In this document: positions 29,847 through 40,214 of the stretch, piece by piece
Position numbering within the stretch: the first letter of the stretch is position 1
How the letters are laid out: every line of letters starts with the position of its first letter
Source of the DNA: Desulfobacterales bacterium
Lineage (GTDB): Bacteria > Desulfobacterota > Desulfobacteria > Desulfobacterales > UBA2174
DNA length: 64,000 nucleotides
Reading direction: 5' to 3'
NCBI GenBank assembly: GCA_963668645.2
Contig: CAXXWC010000018.1
Span: 416,001 to 480,000 of the forward strand
Notes under the pieces: generated by a model
Seen by the model: the letters and a program-made list of their open reading frames with translations, nothing else
What the model was told of the DNA's origin: nothing
Databases searched by the model: none
Position numbers and translations under genes: made by a program

Positions 29847-32590
29847 CTATGGAACCACAAAACGGTTGGATTCTGTAAAATCAGTATGTTATCCGATTAT
29901 TTTTGCCATACTTGATCATATTTTGCGATTCTCAAGGAGCCTGTGCTTTCGTTTTCCGGGGTGTCGGCTTTGCGTCTAACTCATAGAAAACACATGTAAT
30001 GATTGTCATTTACGATAGATGGCTATCCTCTTTTTCGTTCTTGTCAAATCGTCCATTTCTTGATAATGTATTGCATATATGCCCGGTTGCGGCGATAACC
30101 TGCAATACTTTATCGGGAGGGCGATATGGATGGTTCGACCGAGGTTTCCCAGCGTCTCGCGGTCCTGTTCAAGCAGCATCCATGCTGGATGATCGGGCCG
30201 CTGAGCCAACAGATGGACTACTCGATTCCATCAACCCGGCGATTTCTGGCCCAGAACGGCTACTACAGCAGTTTTACGCACAACGGACGATGGTATACCC
30301 TGCGTTCGATTCCTCGCTTTTCGCGCGAAGGACTGTGGTTTTACCACGACATCGGCTTTTCCCGGGCCGGCAGTCTGACCCGTACGCTGGTGGCCCTGAT
30401 CGATGCCAGTCTGGCAGGGATGAGCGCCGAAGCGCTCGGCCAAAAGTTGCGCTGCCGTTGTCATTCGGTTCTGGTCGGGTTGTACCGCCGCGGTCTTGTC
30501 CAGCGCCAGCGCCAGGGACGCGCGAACGTTTACCTGGCCAGCAATGCCAGGACCGCCGAGGCGCAACGTCGTGTCCTGGAAGCGCCCGTGGCGGCGGTGC
30601 TGCCAGCCGAGATTGCAGTGATGGTGCTGGCCGAATTCATCCGCAAGCCGTCAGCCGAGCCGGCCGAGTTGGCCCGCCGGGTGTCGGCCCGGGCCGCCGT
30701 GCGCATCAAGGCCGACCAGATCCGGGCGCTGTTTGCGCAGCACGGTTTAAAAAAAATGCTGCCGTTGCGGCCATCGGCCTCCTGAGCCGCCTCAACGAAC
30801 AACTGCACCAGGAGGTGCGCCCGTCGGCGTTGTTCGCGCAGCCGCCGGTGGTCGATTTTCGCTACCCGCACCGGCAGTGCTCCTGCGGCGGTGCCTTGAA
30901 AGTCCAAAAGACACAAACCAAGCGCGTGGTCAGTCTTTCGGTCACCTATATCGCCCGCCGGACCGTGCAACGCTGTACCCGTTGTGGCCGTGTCTGGGAA
31001 GATCCGGCCCTGCGTCAGCGGGTGGCGCATCGTTGCAATACCGCTTGGGACGTGCTGGTCTTTGTCGGCCGTCGCCTGTTCGAGGACTGCCACAGTGTCG
31101 GGCAGGTTCGCAACGAGCTGCTGGCCCGCGATGTGGTGCTGTCCGATTCTCAAATCACCAAACTCGGCCGCAAGTTTATCCTCTTGCTGGCTCTGGCCCA
31201 TCGGCGCGCCACCCCGCGCATCAAGCAGGCCATGGCCAGAAGCGGCGGCTATATCCTGCATCTGGATGCCGTGCATCAAGAAGATGCGCCCGCTCTGATG
31301 TCAGGCATCGACGCTCTGAGCCGCCTGGTGTTGGCCAATGTCAAGGTGCCCAGTGAACACGCCGCTCAGATCATCCCGTTTTTGGAAAAGATCAAAGACG
31401 ACTATGGCGATCCGATCGCCTGTGTGCATGACATGGGCACAGGCATCTGCAAGGCGGTCGGGGCCGTGTTCCCCACAAGCAAAGACTTTGTCTGCCACTT
31501 TCATTTCTTGCGCGATGCGGGCAAAGACCTGATCGAGCCGGCCTACCGCGAGCTTCGTGGCTGCCTGCGTCGCCATGCGTTCAGCACCCGGTTCCGTGCG
31601 TTGGCCCGCCACGCCCGTCGGTTACTGGCCGAGCCGAACGCCCTGGCGATGTATCTGGCGGGCACCCAAACGGCTGCCGATTTGAGTCTCACGACCCCTG
31701 CGGCGGTCTATGCACTATCGCTGTGGAGCTTGCAGGCCAAACACTGCGGCGATGGCTACGGCTTTCCTTTCGATCGCCCCTTGCTGGTACTGGCCGAACG
31801 GCTTATGATCCTGCTCGATTGCCTGCCGCGCCTGCTACAGACACTTCCCGGCGACAACGTGGCCGGCAGCCGCTTGTTTGTCCACCTGGCACGAAAGGTG
31901 ATGGATGTCGTCGCCGATCCGGTCTTCGAAAAAAGCCTCGACTCGTTACGCTGGCGTTGCCGGCTCTTTGATCAGCTTCGCCAAGCCATGCGCATCGCAC
32001 CTTCCGGAGGCCGAGACGGCCTCAACGATGATGGTGCCGCACCCGCGATGGAAAGTATCCGCCAGAGCGTTGGCCAATTCCGTCACCGTCTCGATGCCGA
32101 AGCAAAGCTGGCAGCCGATCCGCTGTGCCGCAAACTGGCCGAACAGATCGACAAGTATCACGACAAACTGTTTGCCGACCCGATTGACGTGCAGACCCCT
32201 TCGGGGCCGCAGGTGGTTTATCCCCAGCGGACCAACAACATCCTGGAACAGTTCTTTCGCAGCTTGCGCCGGGATCATCGCCGCCGTACCGGCGATAATC
32301 GCATGCACCGCGCGTTGCAAACCATGCTGGCCGATACCCCGTTGGTGAAAAATCTGTCCAACCCCGACTACATGAAAATCCTGCTCGACGGCCGGCCCAA
32401 TATCGAAGCCCTGTTTGCTGATTTGGATCGAACCTCGGCTTCCGAGGAGCTGATACCGGCCGCGGATGCCGATCGCATTCTGCCTGGTTTTAAAGCACTG
32501 ACAAAAATACCGGATCTTCCCGTTCGAATCTCACAGCGCGCTTCTGCGGCTTTATCCGGGGCAAAATCCAACCAAATTGTGTGGCCATAG
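29847..32590 (+). mobile_element. 2744-bp Mutator/IS256-superfamily-like insertion sequence
   Basis: 8-bp DR CACTAAAC (29839-29846, 32591-32598); 26-bp imperfect IRs CTATGG...GGTTGGATT (20/26). Confidence 0.92.
30126..32590 (+). CDS. Transposase orfA (30126-30785) and orfB, probably joined by a -1 shift at TTTAAAAAAAA (30746-30756)
   Basis: orfB has a CSC...CTRC zinc ribbon, LHLD, VHDMG, CHFH and RTNNILEQFFR; its TAG is the last codon of the element. Confidence 0.8.
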
Positions 32591-32987
32591 CACTAAACAT
32601 ATATCTATTTGGGATTATGTAATCGATCCAATTATCTTTGGGGTTAGCAAGAAATCCTGGATGGATTTCAGTTCAGAAGATAAAAAAATAATTAAAGAGG
32701 CAGCTATCAAATGGTCTAAATACCAAAAAGAAGATGCCCGCAGGGGTCTTTTAAATTACGTAACAGGCATAAAAGGACCCGGCAATTCAATTTTCATGGA
32801 AGACGTTTTTGAAGAATTCAAGGATCATGGAATAAAAATTACAGAAATCGATAAAGCAAATTGGAATGAATTTAAGGATAGGACTAAAGATGTATACAAC
32901 AAATGGAAAGAGCAAATCGGAACAGATCTCGTAAATTCAGCAGAAAAAATTATCGCTCAATATGAATAAAGATAGAATGGAAATGAG

Positions 32988-33023
32988 AAGGAATCCTGCA
33001 ACTTGATGACAGGGTTCCTTTTT
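32988..33023 (+). terminator. Stem-loop/intrinsic terminator after dctP
   Basis: AAGGAATCCTG / CAGGGTTCCTT followed by Ts. Confidence 0.6.
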
Positions 33024-33122
33024 CACCAGTGGGACAAACAAGATTGATGCTTGTGTAAAAGCCATGTTTTTTCACTTTAACCAAATAAAATTGTAGCCAA
33101 AAAATATTAACGCACGGATCTG

Positions 33123-33653
33123 ATGTCGGTTTTCTATATTATGATTTTTAAGAAAGCATCAAAATTAAAGGGGAACAAATTGAATTTAAGAATCCTTTTC
33201 GATAAGATTGAAGAATTTTTATGCGCCCTATTGATGACTTTTATGGCATGCCTTGCATTCGGGAACGTACTTTCTAGATATCTATTTCACTATTCGATTT
33301 CATTTTCACAGGAACTCGTTTTGAATGCTTTTGTTTGGTCAACTTTTTTAGGAACTGCCGTTGCATTTAAGCGGAATAGTCATGTTATGGTGTCATTTTT
33401 TGTAGAAAAATTATCAAAAAAATTACAGAATTTTCTGTCACGCCTTTCAATGGCTTTATCGATTGGACTATTTGGGCTTTTAATATACTGCTCCATAGAT
33501 CAAATAATATCTGAAATTGAGTTAGAGACAACATCCGATGCTTTAGACATTCCAGTTTTCTGGTATACTTTGGGGGTTCCAATATTTTCGTTGCTCATTA
33601 TTTTTAGGATATGGCAGGCGTATAGAAGAAAAGTAAAAGGGAACGGTGAATAA
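33123..33653 (+). CDS. dctQ: TRAP transporter small permease
   Basis: NVLSRYLF...FSQEL...FVWSTFLG...H, four TM segments; true start may be slightly downstream. Confidence 0.92.
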   Translation: MSVFYIMIFKKASKLKGNKLNLRILFDKIEEFLCALLMTFMACLAFGNVLSRYLFHYSISFSQELVLNAFVWSTFLGTAVAFKRNSHVMVSFFVEKLSKKLQNFLSRLSMALSIGLFGLLIYCSIDQIISEIELETTSDALDIPVFWYTLGVPIFSLLIIFRIWQAYRRKVKGNGE

Positions 33654-34945
33654 TGGAACAGACAATATTATTATTTTTAGTGTTTTTTGTGCTTCTCCTT
33701 TTGGGGGTACCTATAGCAATATCTTTAGGAGTTGCAGGAACCTTTCTTATTATCATAAATTCCTTAGGATTCTATATTTTTGCGCCAAATGTATACGGCG
33801 GGATTGGAAAATTCCCTCTGTTGGCAATACCATATTTCATTTTAGCTGGGGTGATATTAACCGAAGTTGGAATCGCTGAAAAAATCATAGCTTTTTTTAA
33901 AATCGTTGTGGGCTCATTATATGGCGGTCTTGCGGTAGTTGTAGTAATAGCAGCTCTCTTTTGGGGAGCTGTTTCAGGCTCGGGACCTGCAACGGTCGCA
34001 GCTCTTGGATCGATGTTGATCCCACTAATGAAAAAAGAAGGATATCCGGTGGATTTCAGCACTGCCTTGATATGTTCTTCGTCAGGGCTAGCTATTGTTA
34101 TTCCACCTAGTATAGCGCTTATAATTTACGGTACAATTACAGGGGATTCGGTTACAGCGCTCTTTAGCGCAGGAGTTATTCCGGGAATTCTGACAGGCTT
34201 TTGTATTGCCGTAACTGCCTTGATTATTTCAAAGAAAAATAAATATCGAGGAGAAATTCTGGTTAGATCTTGGAGAGAAATATGGAAAGTTTTTGTCGAT
34301 GCCATCTGGGGTTTTCTTGCTCCGATCATCATTCTTGGAGGAATATATTCTGGAATATTCACTCCTACAGAGGCTGCAATAGTTGGGGTTTTTTATGGTC
34401 TTTTCATAGGTTTCTTCGTATATCGAAATTTGAAATTTAAGCGATTGTATCAGCTATTGGTAGATTCATGTGTCGGGTCTTCTATAGTAATGATTATCGT
34501 GGCATTTGCAGCCATATTTTCTTGGGTTGGACACGTGCTTGGTATCATGGAAATATCTGCGAATTTTATCATAAGCGTAAGTGAAAATCCGTATATTGCG
34601 CTGATCCTTATACAGATATTAATTATTATTGCCGGCATGTTGATTGATCCCGTTTCGATTTACTATGTTTTCGTACCCATTTTTATTCCAATCATGATTC
34701 ATTTTCATTGGAATTCGATATGGTTCGGTATACTGATGACAGTAAATATTGCAGTGGCTCAAATAACCCCACCGATTGCAGTAAACCTGTTCGTAGGTTC
34801 AAATGTTGCAGGAATAAGTCTTGAAAGACTTTCAAAAAAAGTTTTCGTATTTATTATCACAATTATATTCGCATTAATCATTTTGACAATATTCCCTGAA
34901 ATTACTCTAATTATTCCAAGATTATTAGGCCATATGAATATATAA
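33653..34945 (+). CDS. dctM: TRAP transporter large permease
   Basis: LLAIPYFILAG, GAVSGSGPATVAALG, IPPSI, GIFTPTEAA, ITPP. Confidence 0.96.
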   Translation: MEQTILLFLVFFVLLLLGVPIAISLGVAGTFLIIINSLGFYIFAPNVYGGIGKFPLLAIPYFILAGVILTEVGIAEKIIAFFKIVVGSLYGGLAVVVVIAALFWGAVSGSGPATVAALGSMLIPLMKKEGYPVDFSTALICSSSGLAIVIPPSIALIIYGTITGDSVTALFSAGVIPGILTGFCIAVTALIISKKNKYRGEILVRSWREIWKVFVDAIWGFLAPIIILGGIYSGIFTPTEAAIVGVFYGLFIGFFVYRNLKFKRLYQLLVDSCVGSSIVMIIVAFAAIFSWVGHVLGIMEISANFIISVSENPYIALILIQILIIIAGMLIDPVSIYYVFVPIFIPIMIHFHWNSIWFGILMTVNIAVAQITPPIAVNLFVGSNVAGISLERLSKKVFVFIITIIFALIILTIFPEITLIIPRLLGHMNI

Positions 34946-35000
34946 CTCTATTCCGGTAACTGAAAAAATAAAAAATATGCTAAGGAGGCATGGATAAAAA

Positions 35001-35651
35001 ATGATTATTAAGGAAGATTTATACAAACAGATGAGCGATGCTGTTGTAGAATTTAATGAAGATAAAGTAAAAGATTTGGCTCAGGTTTCCATAGATTTAA
35101 GCTTAGACCCTGTTGAGACTATTTTGAACGGATTATCGAAAGGCATGTTGATTGTTGGTGATCTGTACGACAAGAAAGAGTACTTTGTGCCAGAGGTATT
35201 ATTATGTGCGGAGGCAATGCAGCTAGGTTTGGATGTGCTGCAACCGCATATAGAAAAAAGCGAAAGCAGAGGTGAGGGGTTGGTCATTATAGGCACCGTG
35301 CAAGGTGATATTCACGATATCGGTAAAGATATTGTTAAATTAATGCTGGATGTAGGAGGTTTTAAAGTTTTTGACTTGGGTAAGGATGTCCCGCTGTTAA
35401 AGTTTGCAGATGAAGCAGGCAGGCTTGATGCAGATGTTGTAGCGATGTCTGCTATGATGACAACCACTATGATGGGAATGAAAAAGGCTATACCAATGAT
35501 CAGAGAAGCAGCTCCTAAGGCTGGTATAATGATAGGGGGCGCACCGGTGACCATAGAAATCGCAAAGGCATTTGGGGCGGACGGATATGCCGAAAACGCA
35601 GGTACTGTAATTGATGCTGCCGTTGAAATGTTAAAACGTTTGGATAAATAG
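35001..35651 (+). CDS. Methyltransferase cognate corrinoid protein (MtaC/MttC/MtbC-like)
   Basis: Cap domain GLSKGMLIVGDLY..KEYFVPE; B12 motif GDIHDIGK...DLGKDVP...SAMMTTT...IGGAP. Confidence 0.93.
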   Translation: MIIKEDLYKQMSDAVVEFNEDKVKDLAQVSIDLSLDPVETILNGLSKGMLIVGDLYDKKEYFVPEVLLCAEAMQLGLDVLQPHIEKSESRGEGLVIIGTVQGDIHDIGKDIVKLMLDVGGFKVFDLGKDVPLLKFADEAGRLDADVVAMSAMMTTTMMGMKKAIPMIREAAPKAGIMIGGAPVTIEIAKAFGADGYAENAGTVIDAAVEMLKRLDK

Positions 35652-36018
35652 ACAGCCGGCAATGTATGAGCATTATTATGGATAGACTTTCGGAATTCAT
35701 GACGCTGCGAAAACAAAGAGCGAATGAACAACATTCGCGGAACTTTTTAAGAAAATGGATGCGGAAAGAAAGAGCGTCTCAAAAAGAGTTTTTATTGTTT
35801 TTTAAAAGTTCAATATGAATTTCTTAAAATTCTTTATGGAGGGTTCGAGAAACGAAGGTAATTACCCATTTCGCATGATTTGGATGCAGATATAAAATTG
35901 ATAACAGATCACCATTATAGAACTTAATTTGTTTGGGAAATGCAATCCCATCATATGTAGAACCAGTTTCCGAATTTAGCAGAATTGATCACGCCCGAAG
36001 TGTAGCTAAGAGGAAAAT

Positions 36019-36140
36019 ATGACCCTTGTCGAAGTGAAGGTCGGAATTTGTAGATTTTCGTTATTGTTGGCGCCACTATGGTAGACGAAAGGAAATAGCA
36101 GTTGAAAGCGGCTGACAAAAAGTGCAGAATTTGCATATTT
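36019..36140 (+). pseudogene. Degraded small-gene remnant
   Basis: GAGG RBS then MTLVEVKVGICRF followed by an early stop or frame break. Confidence 0.25.
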
Positions 36141-36175
36141 ATTTCAATAATGAATTATGACGAGGATATTAAAAG

Positions 36176-37147
36176 ATGAATAATTTAAAAGAATTTGTTA
36201 AGAACGCAGGTTACGTTCCAATTGTGCCCCTTGTTGGAAATCCAGGTGCGAAGCTTGTAGGGAAAACCTTAAAGGAATGTCTTACAGATGCAGCGATTCA
36301 GACATCTGCTTTGGTTGCCTTATACGAAGAAATTAAGCCGGACGCCATGTTTGTAATGATGGATTTAACGGTGGAAGCTGAATTTTTAGGATGTGATCTT
36401 ATATTTTCAGACAACGATCCTCCAGCTGTTTCAAATCCTGTGTTAGAGGATTTTTCCAAATTAGAGGAAATTTTTTCAAAAACCGATATCGGTGGTCGAA
36501 TGCCTCTTTTTGCAGAAGTCGTTAGGGGTTTAAAAAAGGCAATCGATGTTCCTATATGCGTATACGTCATTGGACCTTTTACGCTGGCTGGTGAGATAAT
36601 GGATTTGAAGCATGCAATGAAATGCACAAGGAAGCAGCCAGCTATTTTGCATCATATTCTTGAAAAAACGACGGAATTAATTATTAAATATATCTCTTCA
36701 CTGGAAGTTTCAGGGGCTGATATGATTTGTATTCTAGAACCGTCGGCCATGATGATATCCCCGGCACAATTTATGGAATTTTCGGGTCAATATTGTAGGA
36801 AAATTATTTCTTGTATCACTAAAATGAGCGTGCTTCACATTTGTGGTGATACCAATCACTTAATATCTGAAATGGAATCAACAGGAGCCGATGGCTTGAG
36901 TCTAGACAAACAGGTCAGTATGCCAGATGCATACTCAAAATTGAATGGAAATACTGTGCTGATTGGTAATATCGATCCTGTTACAGTTATAACCCTTAGC
37001 GATCCGAAAAATATCAGAAAAAAAAGCATAGAGATGATAAAGGAGATGGCTGGAAAGAAGAATTTTATTTTAAGCACTGGTTGTGATGTCCCCCAAGACG
37101 CGCCGATAGATAATCTAAAGGCCATGATGTCTGTAAGAAATCTTTGA
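36176..37147 (+). CDS. Second MtaA/UroD-superfamily methyltransferase
   Basis: MDLTVEAEFLG, GPFTLAG, LHICGDT...GNIDP...LSTGCD. Confidence 0.87.
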   Translation: MNNLKEFVKNAGYVPIVPLVGNPGAKLVGKTLKECLTDAAIQTSALVALYEEIKPDAMFVMMDLTVEAEFLGCDLIFSDNDPPAVSNPVLEDFSKLEEIFSKTDIGGRMPLFAEVVRGLKKAIDVPICVYVIGPFTLAGEIMDLKHAMKCTRKQPAILHHILEKTTELIIKYISSLEVSGADMICILEPSAMMISPAQFMEFSGQYCRKIISCITKMSVLHICGDTNHLISEMESTGADGLSLDKQVSMPDAYSKLNGNTVLIGNIDPVTVITLSDPKNIRKKSIEMIKEMAGKKNFILSTGCDVPQDAPIDNLKAMMSVRNL

Positions 37148-37312
37148 TTTCTGATCGTATGAAAAATTGCGAGCCTTACCCGCTCAATCAAGAAAAATGA
37201 ACAACTATTACTTAATGACCCAAAGTTTGATGTTGTTTAGTGGATCTACTACATAAGCGTCCGGGCAACCGCACCCCACCCATTGGGCTTGGTTTCGCGC
37301 TCCGCATGAAGT

Positions 37313-37798
37313 CTATTGAGCCTTCAGTCTCTTTCTGGCCTTCCAGAAGTCGAGACGTTGGCCCTCACCGACATCCATGAAACAGTCTTCAATGACCTCA
37401 TAGCCGAGACCTTCGTAGAAAGCGCGTGAAGGAAGGGATACGCTCAGCACGACCTCGTCATGCCCGATCTGGAGTGCCTGGCCCTCGAGTGCATGCATAA
37501 TCGTTCTGCCGTACCCCCGACGCTGGAACCCGGGATGAACGAATACGCCGAAGATGTCACCGTCGACCAGTGCACCTGTGGCAAGAAATTCACGATCACG
37601 CACGATAACGACAACCACTCCGTCGCAAAGGCGCTGTGAAATCCTGTCCTCGGTGTGGAATTTCCTGAAAAACGCGACTGCACGCGGGGGATATACGCCA
37701 GGGTAGCACGAATCGATGGTCTGATTGATCAAGCGGTGGACAGCGGCCACGTCAGATTGGCGTAATGGGCGAAGTTCGGCTCTATCTGGTTTATTCAT
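37313..37798 (-). CDS. GNAT family N-acetyltransferase
   Basis: VFVHPGFQRRGYGRTIM, AFYEGLGY. Confidence 0.9.
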   Translation of the reverse strand: MNKPDRAELRPLRQSDVAAVHRLINQTIDSCYPGVYPPRAVAFFRKFHTEDRISQRLCDGVVVVIVRDREFLATGALVDGDIFGVFVHPGFQRRGYGRTIMHALEGQALQIGHDEVVLSVSLPSRAFYEGLGYEVIEDCFMDVGEGQRLDFWKARKRLKAQ

Positions 37799-38083
37799 TT
37801 CGGCACGCAATCACGGTCCAGGTTGCGGAGGCAAAGGGTCCGGTTCAAGTCAAAAATCCCGGATTGAGGCGTCTTGATTCGGGATTCTTTCGGTTTTTCT
37901 CCCTGGCCATATCCAGTTCTGCACCATTGAGGGGCAGGTCTTTTATGCGCAGTGGTTTCATCTTTAACCCCCTTTTGCCGAAAATTATGAGAGCGAAAGA
38001 CGCCCGGCCTTGTCAATCGCTTTTTTTCCGGCTGCCCTGGGATACCCCGGAAAAGAAGGGTTCGGGTAAGGAGTGCAAGGATC

Positions 38084-39007
38084 TCAATGGTCTTCGGCCT
38101 TGGGGCGCTTGCGCGCGTTGCGCACCTCGAACACCAGGGTGGTGGTCTGTTTGTCGGCCAGGAATTCGTTCCGTTTTTCCGCGGGAGCCGGGATCTTGGA
38201 GAAGAAGCGGACGAACCAGCGGCCGGTGACATCGATGGGCACGACAAACTTGCCGCCGGTGCAGGCCGTGCGTTGGATGTACATGTCCTCGGCCTCGGTG
38301 GAAAAACCGTTGTAGGTCGCGTCCCAGAAGCCCTCGCCGCTGTAAGGGGCCCCGTTGCGATAGACCTGAAGGCTCAGATTGTCGCCCTGCTTGAGCTGGG
38401 ACGGGTCGGTTGCCGGAACCAGTTCCAGGGGCAGGCCGACCCGGGCCGGAAAGGGGACAGACGGGTTCCCGCAAAAGACATAGGACTTGGCCCACTGGCT
38501 GCTGCGCATGCTCGAAAGGATCTTGGTCGCCCGGCCGGCGAAAGCGGACATCGGTTTCAGCGAGTGGCGCTTGCGTCCCTTCTTGTCGATATACATGGCG
38601 AAATAGCCGGGGGCGGTCTCGGCCACCAGGACGTATGTGCCCGGCTGGTCGTAGCTCACCAGATAGGAATGCAGGGACCGTTCGTCGCGCAGGGCGATGT
38701 CGCTGGTGGCGCGGTCCGGAGCGATGACGCGCACATAGGCCAGTTTCTGGCGGCGAACGGCGTCGTCCACCGGGAAGTGGTGCCCGTAGCAGAAGAAAAG
38801 CGGCGACGCCTTGCCCTCCGATACCTGATGCCGTCCGGACTGGATGAAAAGAGAATGGCCACCGGCGTTGGATGCAAAGACAACACAGATAGCCGCCGCT
38901 ATGACGATCTGCCCAATCCTGCCGATCCCGGATCGGCGGCGGGTAAAGAACGGCTGCCGGGTTTCACCGACTAAGTTCAAGACGCTGCCAGGGCGGAGCG
39001 GTTTCAT
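38084..39007 (-). CDS. DUF4198 periplasmic protein
   Basis: Signal ...AGG-HSLFI, YGHHFP, WAKSYV, GLPLELVP. Confidence 0.82.
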   Translation of the reverse strand: MKPLRPGSVLNLVGETRQPFFTRRRSGIGRIGQIVIAAAICVVFASNAGGHSLFIQSGRHQVSEGKASPLFFCYGHHFPVDDAVRRQKLAYVRVIAPDRATSDIALRDERSLHSYLVSYDQPGTYVLVAETAPGYFAMYIDKKGRKRHSLKPMSAFAGRATKILSSMRSSQWAKSYVFCGNPSVPFPARVGLPLELVPATDPSQLKQGDNLSLQVYRNGAPYSGEGFWDATYNGFSTEAEDMYIQRTACTGGKFVVPIDVTGRWFVRFFSKIPAPAEKRNEFLADKQTTTLVFEVRNARKRPKAEDH

Positions 39008-39729
39008 GGGACTCCTTTCGGTTGCACCCTGATGCCACGGGCCTGGTTCGGGTGCAGATGCAGGTGCAAACCGTCGTCGGTGGTAACCACTACCGGTTCG
39101 TGAGTGGTCAGGGCGATGGTCTGGCCCGGAGCCACCGCTTCCAGAGAGATGGTTCGGCCCGGTAAAATCCCCTTGGCCGCCAGGGCTTCTGCGGCGCGCT
39201 CGCCCCCGAGGATTGTTTCCACCAGGAACGGCTGCCCCCTGCCGGCTGAAACGAACTGCACGAGCCGCTGTCCGATGCGGCCGCCGATCTTGGCGGCCAT
39301 CCCCTCGGTGATCCGTTCGCGCCGGCTGCGGTCCACCCGGACGATGTAGTCCATGCGCGGCAGCTTGCGAACACATGTCACCGGTTCGTCCGGGTGGAGT
39401 TCCAGCTCCGCCAGAACCTCTGTCAGCCGGCCCAGGGCGGTGGTTCCTTCGATGTGGCCGGTCTGCCCGGCTCGCATGTCGCTCAGGGGCATCCGGCGCC
39501 CGTCGTCCAGATGGACGATCACGCGCATGGCCATCCGGCCTCCCAGCACGACCTCTGCCTGCGCAGTGCGCACCCGCACCGGCTGCAACAGGATCTCTTC
39601 GTCTTCCCGAACCAGGGTACGCCCCCGGGCGAGGCCGAGGCGCAGGAACTGGTTTTCCATCTGCGCATCGGTAAAGGCGACCAGCGTCAGCGGCCAGTCG
39701 AAGGGGGCTTCGTTCAGGGGCATATCCAT
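39004..39729 (-). CDS. Multi-domain FeoA-like protein
   Basis: Three FeoA-like SH3 units (FLRLGLARG, LAELELHPD, LAAKGILPG...ARGIRV). Confidence 0.75.
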   Translation of the reverse strand: MDMPLNEAPFDWPLTLVAFTDAQMENQFLRLGLARGRTLVREDEEILLQPVRVRTAQAEVVLGGRMAMRVIVHLDDGRRMPLSDMRAGQTGHIEGTTALGRLTEVLAELELHPDEPVTCVRKLPRMDYIVRVDRSRRERITEGMAAKIGGRIGQRLVQFVSAGRGQPFLVETILGGERAAEALAAKGILPGRTISLEAVAPGQTIALTTHEPVVVTTDDGLHLHLHPNQARGIRVQPKGVP

Positions 39730-39996
39730 TCCAGAGCACCGTTTTTTGTTATGGTTGGCCGGTCCGGCGGTCAGGATGCCGCGAGCTTCAGTCCTATGCG
39801 CGGCATGCAAAATGGCATCCCGCAGGGCAGCAAGCCCTGTGCTGAAATTCATCGCCACCCGGAACGGATTGAAAGCTTAAGTCAACAAACTTAGCGAGGG
39901 AGTATAGCGCATGATGATAGATAATTCAAACATCTTTATGCTATCCGAACTGGAAGGGGGGGCAGAAGCCCCTCCCCCGGGAAACGATCGCTGCGT

Positions 39997-40122
39997 TCAG
40001 TCCTGCGCGGCTTTCTTCTGCCCTTCCTGCTTGCCGGCATTTTTCCCGGCCCGGTAGACGAGATAGCCGGCCACGCCGAGCACGGCCCACCCCAACGGGT
40101 TCCACAACAGCGGAATATGCAT
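39997..40122 (-). CDS. 41-aa single-TM microprotein, not in the ORF track
   Basis: MHIPLLWNPLGWAVLGVAGYLVYRAGKNAGKQEGQKKAAQD; AAGGAGGT 6 nt upstream. Confidence 0.7.
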   Translation of the reverse strand: MHIPLLWNPLGWAVLGVAGYLVYRAGKNAGKQEGQKKAAQD

Positions 40123-40214
40123 AGCATTACCTCCTTTTCACCGATTTGCGGGATGCAGTGCAGCCATCCCGGCCGCCAGCCGCCCTTGTCCTGATCCGGA
40201 CCCGGTGCCCGGCC

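Larger units (their letters stand above)
29141..32969 (+). pseudogene. dctP: TRAP transporter solute-binding protein interrupted by an IS
   Basis: GENGFRQ, NLKIR, LQQGTVDGFEN; removing the IS and one duplication restores VWEYTK-HISIWDYVIDP in frame. Confidence 0.92.

Noticed and set aside
26837..37147. hemE (uroporphyrinogen decarboxylase) or pyrrolysine methylamine methyltransferases
   Set aside because: The HxC...C Zn motif and adjacent corrinoid protein point to MtaA-type enzymes; no in-frame TAG readthrough or MttB-like sequence was seen
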